Assembly: GCA_002269645.1 (NCBI GenBank)
Contig: NIVC01001255.1
Span: 203,643-267,642, forward strand
Reading direction: 5' to 3'
DNA from: Macrostomum lignano
Lineage: Eukaryota
Length of the DNA stretch: 64,000 nucleotides
The stretch's first letter is position 1; each line of letters begins with the position of its first letter. The notes below the pieces were generated by a model that saw nothing but the letters and a program-made list of their open reading frames with translations, had not been told where the DNA came from and ran no database searches. Below are positions 26,383-36,900 of the stretch, piece after piece. A program made the position numbers and the translations under genes.

Positions 26383-26877
26383 CTATGGCGGCTGCTGCTG
26401 TGCCGGCTGTGGCTGTGACGGCGCTACAATGTCGTTTACGTTGATACCAGCATCCTCGTGCTCGTCGACAAACTTGCGCCACTCAGCTTGGTCAGCTGGA
26501 TACAGGTGTACAACCACAAAGTTGGTGAATATCTCGTGATAGCTTCTAGCTGTGTCGATGTGAATACTCAGTCTCGGACTCGGAATGGTGAACTCGAATT
26601 CGGGGTTCTGCTGCTGCGCCTCTTTGAAGTATCTCAGGCTAAGGCTCTGGACTTCGTTTTTTACGACAAAAACAGCCGGAGTTCCCACTTCGGAGAAGCC
26701 CCGGATCAGGCCTCTGGTCCTCAGGGGAGACAAAATCGAGTGCCTCTTCGGTCTGATGCCAGGCATGCCCAGCGTCAACTTGAGTCCTACCGGTCTGAAT
26801 CGGCCAAAATATTTGAATTTCCATTGAATATCTCTCGAAGAAACCTCGTCTAAATGCACTTCTTCTTGCTGGGCCAT
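26383..26877 (-). CDS. Hypothetical protein, 164 aa, no recognisable domain
   Basis: It starts with ATG directly after CTCGTAG (acceptor-like), has globular-looking composition and ends in a Q/P tail. I recognise no homology. Confidence 0.5.
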   Translation of the reverse strand: MAQQEEVHLDEVSSRDIQWKFKYFGRFRPVGLKLTLGMPGIRPKRHSILSPLRTRGLIRGFSEVGTPAVFVVKNEVQSLSLRYFKEAQQQNPEFEFTIPSPRLSIHIDTARSYHEIFTNFVVVHLYPADQAEWRKFVDEHEDAGINVNDIVAPSQPQPAQQQPP

Positions 26878-26927
26878 CTACGAGCGTATCTACTAGTTTA
26901 AAGACGCACTGGCGTTATAGCTGTCCT

Positions 26928-27347
26928 TCAGAACAATGCGGTTTTGGGTTTAGGTCCGTTTCTTAACGCGCTGATTTGTTCATTTTTATATAGTCTGACT
27001 TCAACTAAGAACCCTTCATGTGCAATGTATGTACATTGTGCAGATGGGAGCTTACTTAGTACAAAAGCGCTTGAGGGGTTTTGGTTTTGGGGTGTGCCGA
27101 GAGTTTCATCGATTTTTCTAACCCCCACCATACCCTCTCTATTGTTAACCAAACCGAACGCCGCCGCCTGGGGATGGGTGGCCGAGGGGTCTGATCCCCC
27201 ACTGACTAATTCCCCACTATGCCGAAAGCAGTCCAGTAGCCAGTTCAGATGGGACCGAGAGGGATCATTGTGACTCAGTGACTCCCACATAAACCCGAAC
27301 ACTTCTGTTCTGAAATAATGGGCCAGAATGAGGTTGGGCCGCTTCAC
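26928..27347 (-). CDS. Possible hypothetical protein (first Met at MWESL, about 120 aa)
   Basis: An open non-repetitive frame ending 50 bp before the next ORF. There is no motif support. Confidence 0.3.
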   Translation of the reverse strand: MKRPNLILAHYFRTEVFGFMWESLSHNDPSRSHLNWLLDCFRHSGELVSGGSDPSATHPQAAAFGLVNNREGMVGVRKIDETLGTPQNQNPSSAFVLSKLPSAQCTYIAHEGFLVEVRLYKNEQISALRNGPKPKTALF

Positions 27348-27439
27348 AGGACAGGAAATTCACATCCTAAACAAAACATATCTGCAAAATATGCCAAAAT
27401 CTAATCTGAAGTTTTTTGGATTCAGCCTCAGTCTGACCA

Positions 27440-27660
27440 ACTTGATCTAATCTGGTGCTTATTAAATCCAATCTGGAGCTTATTAGATCAAATGCGGTGC
27501 TTATTAGATCCAATCTGGCGCTTATTAGATCAAATGCGGTGCTTATTAAATCCAATCTGGCGCTTATGAGATCCAATCTGGCGATTATTAGATCCAATCT
27601 GGCGCTTATTAGATCCAATTTGGCGCTTAGTAGATCCAATCTGGCGCTTATTAGATCCAA
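27440..27660. repeat. 21-bp minisatellite (CCAATCTGGCGCTTATTAGAT), about 10 copies
   Basis: Direct tandem copies that give heptad-periodic ORFs on both strands. Confidence 0.9.
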
Positions 27661-29562
27661 TCATGAGAGATAATTTAGAGAGGTTGATCAAGCTTGATCA
27701 CGAATGGCCAACTGTACTAGTTCGAATGACTATTTTATGAAAGCCACATAAATTGCATGAAAAAATTACGCATCCAATTTCGTTATCGGATTTTATAATT
27801 TAAAATCACTATTGTTACTTACAGTAGAGTAGCGTGATTGCACTACTGCGGCTTTTTGGTGAAACTGCGTGGCTCCAGATTACAAAGGTAGTTTAGTTCT
27901 GCAGGAAAGACTTTAATATCTGACTTTCAGTTAGTTGGATTGTAGTGGAAAGGGGGTGGCATGGGAGGCAGTTTTGGGTTGCATGTGGTTACTGTGGGAT
28001 CGCATAAGGTAAATTTCTGATAAAATTTATACATCGAGAGAAAGAATTAGGAGAATTTGGGATAGCATTAGGAGAATTTATAGGGGCATTTATTGATATA
28101 TTGATAGCTTTATTGATAAATCTTTGAAAGCTTTGACATCTCTGCCAAGTGTCCACCTTCTTTCTGTAAGTCGTATTGTTCTCAAACAATCAAAATCTTC
28201 TATTCCTTTCCTTCGATGCTCGACGTGCTCACAGCAGGATTTCGTGACTCGTCGGACAATATCCACATCATCATCATATGATGACCGAGACGTACCTGAG
28301 CGATAGGAGCTCGGCCATCGGAGCGTACGTGCTGCAGCATATACTGTATGGGACAGTCCATCTGTTCGTTTAATCCCACATCCTATGACTGGCTTCAATA
28401 TGTCACGGGGAACGCGGCCTATTTCGGGGAAAATGTTTACCCATTCTCCCACTCGCTCGTCCATCACGAAATCCAAGATGATTTTGCAATCGAACCGGGA
28501 ATTCATTCCCTGAGCTGAAGCTCTCCATGGCGATTCTATAGAAGAGACAGAAGTCCCTGCGAGAGAGCTGTTCAGGGCCGCACTCAAGGACGTAACTGAT
28601 CTCGTGTTTTGTGGAAAATTATTTGAAGGCTCACGAATACATTTTGATCTAAGATATTATAGACGAATTCCTGTGGAAAATTTGTCAATTGGCATTTGTT
28701 ATTTGTCACCTGGATACAAAAAATACTACTCAAAAGATTACTTTGAAATTTTATGTCGCATTTCATGTAACAATTTATGCCCAATGTTTTAATACAGCAT
28801 CATTTACACCAGTTAATTTTAGGCAACGGATCCGGAGTTTAATGAATTCGTTGTGGAAGACAATCAATCAGTGTACGAGCTCGTTTGTCAGGGTGCCCGC
28901 AGCCCTCCTGAAGTTATTAAATTATCACTGTACTAAACCCTCCACCTCCATCTGGCTTTTTATGCCTTACTCTTCCTCCACTTTTACCCTATACCGTTCT
29001 GTATACGTTTCCGCCATTCTCTGTGCCCCTAATTCAGGCATACAACTTTAATATTTGATGCACTAAATACCAGCTAAAATCCGCATAAAATTCGTGCACT
29101 TTTAACGACTGAACTGCCGAAAACCAGCATAATCGGCTCACAAAACCCTGCAACTTTCAGATGCGAGCATCCACAGCGCCCATCAATTTTTATAAAATAA
29201 TTAAACAATGTCAGAGTTAACTCTCTGCCTTGGGGATTAACTTGGGGATTAGGAGAGGCAGAATTTAGCCAGGATTTTTTATATTAGATGGCTCAGCTTC
29301 CTTGACGCTCGTGTACGAGTATGATTTTATTTACGACAAACTGCAGAGAAGATTACTTTTGGGCTGTAAAAAAACAAAAACCTTAATCCAGCGACTTGGC
29401 GAGCGTCTGGCATGGATTAATATGACTTACTGCTGCCTCCCTGCCCTCACTTCCTGATCAGGAAGAGAGCGGGATCTGCCCTCACTTCCTCACTTTGTTG
29501 CACCCCCTGACTTCTCACTTCCAGTCTAGATTTCCATCATACTATCACGAAAAATGAAAAAC

Positions 29563-29931
29563 CAGTGGCGTATACAAAGCGGGGCACAACAAAATACAAC
29601 AACATATGACAGGGGCGCCATACAAGAGACAGGGCCGCCCACCAAGAGGCAGGGGCCGCCCACCAAGAGGCAGGGGGCGCTCACCAAGATACAGGGGTGC
29701 CCACCAAGAGACCGGGGCGCTCACCAAGAGGCAGGGGCCCCCCACAAAAGACAGGGGCGCCCAACAAGAGACAGAGGGTGCCCATTAAGAGACAGGGGCT
29801 ACCATTTACAGGGGCGCCCACCAAGAGACCGGGGCGCTTACCAAGAGGCGGGGGCGCCCAACAAGAGACCAAATATTGGCGCCCCTTACGGCTTCGGCCC
29901 CCTCTTGTTAAAATTCCCATGTACGCCACTT
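29563..29931. mobile_element. MITE-like element with CAGTGGCGTA.../...TACGCCACT termini and internal 19-20-bp repeats (GGGGCGCCCACCAAGAGRC)
   Basis: There are short hAT-style inverted termini, but I found no TSD. Confidence 0.5.
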
Positions 29932-30179
29932 TAATACGTTTGTAAATGTATTTTTATCCGGTTTTAAGAAAAATTTTCCAACAGAAACAGAGCGGATTCT
30001 GAAGAATTTTTTGCCGGAACAATAATTATTTGAAGGCTGGCAAAGGAAATCGATTTCAGATAATGAGTAGTGCTCAAGCTACCTTGCTATATACTACAGT
30101 ACGTATACGTACATTCATGGACTTCAAGTGCGACCATTCCCTCCTCCAACTCTGGAGGTGTGACCATTATTCGTCGTTT

Positions 30180-30630
30180 GAAAATAAATAAATATCCATC
30201 CGCCCAACTAGTGACTATGGCCCTCTCGGGTCATGGCTGTTTTCCAGGCATCGTCACCTCCAAGGGAAATTCCGTAGGGAGGAATGCCCATTCTGCCTCT
30301 CCGATGTTGAGAGTGGGGAGCAATTTATCTTTACTCAGGACAGGCTCACACCTACCTCGGCCCAAACCCGGACCTCTCCGACGTTTTCAGGCCCCAGAAT
30401 ATCTGCCAGCTCGTCCGCTACCTAAGGACCACCGGGCGGGCGATCATCCACCTCCTGGCCTCTCCGGAGGGGGACCTCGCTGCGGACACCGGCACCACCG
30501 GATCTCCCAGCGCGACACCGCAGCACCAGCTGCCCGAGGTCGCCAGGCGTTAGCGGAATGGACGGCAACGCTTCCCGCGGAATCCGGATGCCTGGAACCC
30601 CTGCAGCTGAGTCAAAGTAAGTCAAACTTT
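30180..30630 (+). mobile_element. 5'-truncated, frameshifted non-LTR retrotransposon ORF2 C-terminus
   Basis: Three frames join as VTMALSGHGCF / [25 protein letters not shown] / [29 protein letters not shown]. This is the GHG..CPxC zinc-knuckle and terminal motif typical of R1/I-group ORF2. A short GTCAAAGTAAGTCAAA tail follows. Confidence 0.65.
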
Positions 30631-30708
30631 CGTCCCAGCACACTCCGCGGCTTCTTACTTTTAGTAACTACAGTATACAAAGTAACTTGATGCTATATGT
30701 ATAATTGA

Positions 30709-30903
30709 TGTGTCAGGAGAGGGTTGAGGTGTCAGGAGAGGGTTGAGGTGTCAGGAGAGGGCTGAGGTGTCAGGAGAGGGTTGAGGTGTCAGGAGAGGGT
30801 TGAGGTGTCAGAGAGGGTTGAGGTGTCAGGAGAGGGTTGAGGTGTCAGGAGAGGGTTGAGGCGTCAGGAGAGGGTTGAGGCGTCAGGAGAGGGTTGAGGT
30901 GTC
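30709..30903. repeat. 19-bp edge array (GTGTCAGGAGAGGGTTGAG), about 10 copies
   Basis: It shares the GTGTCAGGAGAG core with the 17-bp satellite and abuts it. Confidence 0.9.
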
Positions 30904-33900
30904 AGGAGAGTATGAGTGACAGGAGAATATGGGTATCAGGAGAGTATGATTGTCAGGAGAGTATGGTTGTCAGGAGAGTATGGTTGTCAGGAGAGTATGG
31001 GTGTCAGGAGAATATGGGTGTCAGGAGAGTACGGGTGTCAGGAGAGTATGGTTGTCATGAGAGTATGGGTGTCAAGAGAATATGGGTGTCAGGAGAGTAC
31101 GGGTGTCAGGAGAGTATGGGTGTCAGGAGAGTACGGGTGTCAGGAGAGTATGGTTGTCAGGAGAGTATGGGTGTCAAGAGAATATGGGTGTCAGGAGAGT
31201 ACGGGTGTCAGGAGAGTATGGTTGTCAGGAGAGTATGGGTGTCAGGAGAGTATGGTTGTCAGGAGAGTATGGGTGTCGGGAGAATATGGGTGTCAGGAGA
31301 GTACGGGTGTCAGGAGAGTATGGGTGTCAGGAGAGTATGGGTGTCAGGAGAGTACGGGTGTCAGGAGAGTATGGTTGTCAGGAGAGTATGGGTGTCAGGA
31401 GAATATGGGTGTCAGGAGAGTACGGGTGTCAGGAGAGTATGGGTGTCAGGAGAATATGGGTGTCAGGAGAGTACGGGTGTCAGGAGAGTATGGTTGTCAG
31501 GAGAGTACGGGTGTCAGGAGAGTATGGTAGTCAGGAGAGTACGGGTGTCAGGAGAATATGGGTGTCAGGAGAGTATGGGTGTCAGGAGAATATGGGTGTC
31601 AGGAGAGTACGGGTGTCAGGAGAGTATGGTTGTCAGGAGAGTATGGGTGTCAGGAGAATATGGGTGTCAGGAGAGTACGGGTGTCAGGAGAGTATGGTTG
31701 TCATGAGAGTATGGGTGTCAAGAGAATATGGGTGTCAGGAGAGTACGGGTGTCAGGAGAGTATGGTTGTCAGGAGAGTACGGGTGTCAGGAGAGTATGGT
31801 TGTCAGGAGAGTATGGGTGTCAGGAGAATATGGGTGTCAGGAGAGTACGGGTGTCAGGAGAGTATGGGTGTCAGGAGAGTATGGGTGTCAGGAGAGTATG
31901 GTTGTCAGGAGAGTATGGGTGTCAGGAGAATATGGGTGTCAGGAGAGTACGGGTGTCAGGAGAGTATGGTTGTCAGGAGAGTATGGGTGTCAAGAGAATA
32001 TGGGTGTCGGGTGTCAGGAGAGTATGGTTGTCAGGAGAGTATGGTTGTCAGGAGAGTATGGGTGTCAGGAGAGTATGGGTGTCAGGAGAGTACGGGTGTC
32101 AGGAGAGTATGGTTGTCAGGAGAGTATGGGTGTCAGGAGAATATGGGTGTCAGGAGAGTACGGGTGTCAGGAGAGTATGGGTGTCAGGAGAATATGGGTG
32201 TCAGGAGAGTACGGGTGTCAGGAGAGTATGGTTGTCAGGAGAGTACGGGTGTCAGGAGAGTATGGTAGTCAGGAGAGTACGGGTGTCAGGAGAATATGGG
32301 TGTCAGGAGAGTATGGGTGTCAGGAGAATATGGGTGTCAGGAGAGTACGGGTGTCAGGAGAGTATGGTTGTCAGGAGAGTATGGGTGTCAGGAGAATATG
32401 GGTGTCAGGAGAGTACGGGTGTCAGGAGAGTATGGTTGTCATGAGAGTATGGGTGTCAAGAGAATATGGGTGTCAGGAGAGTACGGGTGTCAGGAGAGTA
32501 TGGTTGTCAGGAGAGTACGGGTGTCAGGAGAGTATGGTTGTCAGGAGAGTATGGGTGTCAGGAGAATATGGGTGTCAGGAGAGTACGGGTGTCAGGAGAG
32601 TATGGGTGTCAGGAGAGTATGGGTGTCAGGAGAGTACGGGTGTCAGGAGAGTATGGTTGTCAGGAGAGTATGGGTGTCAGGAGAATATGGGTGTCAGGAG
32701 AGTACGGGTGTCAGGAGAGTATGGGTGTCAGGAGAATATGGGTGTCAGGAGAGTACGGGTGTCAGGAGAGTATGGTTGTCAGGAGAGTACGGGTGTCAGG
32801 AGAGTATGGTAGTCAGGAGAGTACGGGTGTCAGGAGAATATGGTGTCAGGAGAGTATGGGTGTCAGGAGAATATGGGTGTCAGGAGAGTACGGGTGTCAG
32901 GAGAGTATGGTTGTCAGGAGAGTATGGGTGTCAGGAGAATATGGGTGTCAGGAGAGTACGGGTGTCAGGAGAGTATGGTTGTCAGAGAGTATGGGTGTCA
33001 AGAGAATATGGGTGTCAGGAGAGTACGGGTGTCAGGAGAGTATGGTTGTCAGGAGAGTACGGGTGTCAGGAGAGTATGGTTGTCAGGAGAGTATGGGTGT
33101 CAGGAGAATATGGGTGTCAGGAGAGTACGGGTGTCAGGAGAGTATGGGTGTCAGGAGAGTATGGGTGTCAGGAGAGTATGGTTGTCAGGAGAGTATGGGT
33201 GTCAGGAGAATATGGGTGTCAGGAGAGTACGGGTGTCAGGAGAGTATGGTTGTCAGGAGAGTATGGGTGTCAGGAGAATATGGGTGTCAGGAGAGTACGG
33301 GTGTCAGGAGAGTATGGGTGTCAGGAGAATATGGGTGTCAGGAGAGTACGGGTGTCAGGAGAGTATGGTTGTCAGAGAGTATGGGTGTCAGGAGAATATG
33401 GGTGTCAGGAGAGTACGGGTGTCAGGAGAGTATGGGTGTCAGGAGAGTACGGGTGTCAGGAGAGTATGGTTGTCAGGAGAGTATGGGTGTCAAGAGAATA
33501 TGGGTGTCAGGAGAGTACGGGTGTCAGGAGAGTATGGGTGTCAGGAGAGTATGGGTGTCAGGAGAGTATGGTTGTCAGGAGAGTATGGGTGTCAGGAGAA
33601 TATGGGTGTCAGGAGAGTACGGGTGTCAGGAGAGTATGGTTGTCAGAGAGTATGGGTGTCAAGAGAATATGGGTGTCGGGTGTCAGGAGAGTATGGTTGT
33701 CAGGAGAGTATGGTTGTCAGGAGAGTATGGGTGTCAGGAGAGTATGGGTGTCAGGAGAGTACGGGTGTCAGGAGAGTATGGTTGTCAGGAGAGTATGGGT
33801 GTCAGGAGAATATGGGTGTCAGGAGAGTATGGGTGTCAGGAGAGTATGGGTGTCAGGAGAGTATGGGTGTCAGGAGAGTATGGGTGTCAGGAGAGTATGG

Positions 33901-36900
33901 GTGTCAGGAGAGTATGGGTGTCAGGAGAGTATGGGTGTCAGGAGAGTATGGGTGTCAGGAGAATATGGGTGTCAGGAGAGTACGGGTGTCAGGAGAGTAT
34001 GGTTGTCAGGAGAGTACGGGTGTCAGGAGAGTATGGTGTCAGGAGAGTATGGGTGTCAGGAGAGTATGGTGTCAGGAGAGTACGGGTGTCAGGAGAGTAT
34101 GGTTGTCAGGAGAGTATGGGTGTCAGGAGAGAATATGGTGTCAGGAGAGTATGGGTGTCAGGAGAGTATGGTGTCAGGAGAGTATGGGTGTCAGGAGAGT
34201 ATGGTTGTCAGGAGAGTATGGGTGTCAGAGAATATGGGTGTCAGGAGAGTATGGTGTCAGGAGAGTATGGTTGTCAGGAGAGTATGGGTGTCAGGAGAGT
34301 ATGGGTGTCAGGAGAGTACGGGTGTCAGGAGAGTATGGTTGTCAGGAGAGTATGGGTGTCAGGAGAGTATGGGTGTCAGGAGAGTACGGGTGTCAGGAGA
34401 GTATGGGTGTCAGGAGAGTATGGGTGTCAGGAGAGTACGGGTGTCAGGAGAGTATGGTTGTCAGGAGAGTACGGGTGTCAGGAGAATATGGGTGTCAGGA
34501 GAGTACGGGTGTCAGGAGAATATGGGTGTCAGGAGAGTATGGGTGTCAGGAGAATATGGGTGTCAGGAGAGTACGGGTGTCAGGAGAGTATGGTTGTCAG
34601 GAGAGTATGGGTGTCAGGAGAATATGGGTGTCAGGAGAGTACGGGTGTCAGGAGAGTATGGTTGTCAGGAGAGTATGGGTGTCAGGAGAATATGGGTGTC
34701 AGGAGAGTACGGGTGTCAGGAGAGTATGGTTGTCAGGAGAGTATGGGTGTCAGGAGAGAATATGGGTGTCAGGAGAGTATGGGTGTCAGGAGAATATGGG
34801 TGTCAGGAGAGTACGGGTGTCAGGAGAGTATGGTTGTCAGGAGAGTATGGGTGTCAGGAGAATATGGGTGTCAGGAGAGTATGGGTGTCAGGAGAGTATG
34901 GGTGTCAGGAGAATATGGGTGTCAGGAGAGTATGGGTGTCAGGAGAATATGGGTGTCAGGAGAGTATGGGTGTCAGGAGAATATGGGTGTCAGGAGAGTA
35001 TGGGTGTCAGGAGAGTATGGGTGTCAGGAGAGTATGGGTGTCAGGAGAATATGGGTGTCAGGAGAGTACGGGTGTCAGGAGAGATGGGTGTCAGGAGAGA
35101 TGAGGTGTCAGGAGATATGGGTGTCAGGAGAGAACTGGGTGTCAGGAGATGGGTGTCAGGAGAGAACTGAGGTGTCAGGAGTATGGGTGTCAGGAGAGTA
35201 TGGGTGTCAGGAGAGTATGGGTGTCAGGAGAGTACGTGTGTCAGAAGATAGTACGGGTGTCAGGAGAGTATGGGTGTCAGGAGAGAACTAAGTTGTCAGG
35301 AGAGTACGGCTGTCAGGAGAGTACGGTGTCAGGAGAGTTCGGGTGTCAGGAGAGTACGGGTGTCAGGAGAGTACGGGTGTCAGGAGAGTATGGGTGTCAG
35401 GAGAGTATGGTTGTCAGGAGAGTATGGGTGTCAGGAGAATATGGGTGTCAGGAGAGTATGGATGTCAGGAGAATATGGGTGTCAGGAGAGTACGGGTGTC
35501 AGGAGAGTATGGTTGTCAGGAGAGTATGGGTGTCAGGAGAATATGGGTGTCAGGAGAGTACGGGTGTCAGGAGAGTATGGTTGTCATGAGAGTATGGGTG
35601 TCAAGAGAATATGGGTGTCAGGAGAGTATGGTTGTCAGGAGAGTATGGTTGTCAGGAGAGTATGGGTGTCAGGAGAGTATGGTAGTCAGGAGAGTACGGG
35701 TGTCAGGAGAGTATGGTTGTCAGGAGAGTATGGGTGTCAGGAGAATATGGGTGTCAGGAGAGTACGGGTGTCAGGAGAGTATGGGTGTCAGGAGAATATG
35801 GGTGTCAGGAGAGTACGGGTGTCAGGAGAGTATGGTTGTCAGGAGAGTACGGGTGTCAGGAGAGTATGGTTGTCAGGAGAGTATGGGTGTCAGGAGAATA
35901 TGGGTGTCAGGAGAGTATGGGTGTCAGGAGAGTACGGGTGTCAGGAGAGTATGGTTGTCAGGAGAGTATGGGTGTCAGGAGAATATGGGTGTCAGGGGAG
36001 TATGGATGTCAGGAGAATATGGGTGTCAGGAGAATATGGGTGTCAGGAGAGTATGGTAGTCAGGAGAGTATGGGTGTCAGGAGAATATGGGTGTCAGGAG
36101 AGTATGGATGTCATGAGAGTATGGGTGTCAAGAGAATATGGGTGTCGGGTGTCAGGAGAGTATGGTGTCAGGAGAGTATGGTTGTCAGGAGAGTATGGGT
36201 GTCAGGAGAGTATGGGTGTCAGGAGAGTACGGGTGTCAGGAGAGTATGGTTGTCAGGAGAGTATGGGTGTCAGGAGAATATGGGTGTCAGGAGAGTACGG
36301 GTGTCAGGAGAGTATGGTTGTCAGGAGAGTATGGGTGTCAGAGAATATGGGTGTCAGGAGAGTACGGGTGTCAGGAGAGTATGGTTGTCAGGAGAGTATG
36401 GGTGTCAGGAGAGTATGGTTGTCAGGAGAGTATGGGTGTCAGGAGAGTATGGTTGTCAGGAGAGTATGGTGTCAGGAGAGTATGGGTGTCAGGAGAGTAT
36501 GGGTGTCAGGAGAGTACGGGTGTCAGGAGAGTATGGTTGTCAGGAGAGTATGGGTGTCAGGAGAATATGGGTGTCAGGAGAGTACGGGTGTCAGGAGAGT
36601 ATGGGTGTCAGGAGAATATGGGTGTCAGGAGAGTACGGGTGTCAGGAGAGTATGGTTGTCAGGAGAGTACGGGTGTCAGGAGAGTATGGTAGTCAGGAGA
36701 GTACGGGTGTCAGGAGAATATGGGTGTCAGGAGAGTATGGGTGTCAGGAGAATATGGGTGTCAGGAGAGTACGGGTGTCAGGAGAGTATGGTTGTCAGGA
36801 GAGTATGGGTGTCAGGAGAATATGGGTGTCAGGAGAGTACGGGTGTCAGGAGAGTATGGTTGTCATGGAGAGTATGGGTGTCAGAGAATATGGGTGTCAG

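Noticed and set aside
27367-27660. Heptad LDLISAR ORF suggesting a coiled-coil protein
   Set aside because: The periodicity follows from the 21-bp unit. The frame starts at TTG straight after a stop and has no ATG or acceptor.
28090-28587. Integrase zinc-binding-like pattern (H..RWP..DIVRRVTKSC) in the minus ORF
   Set aside because: The spacing is wrong by about 15 aa and no DDE core follows.
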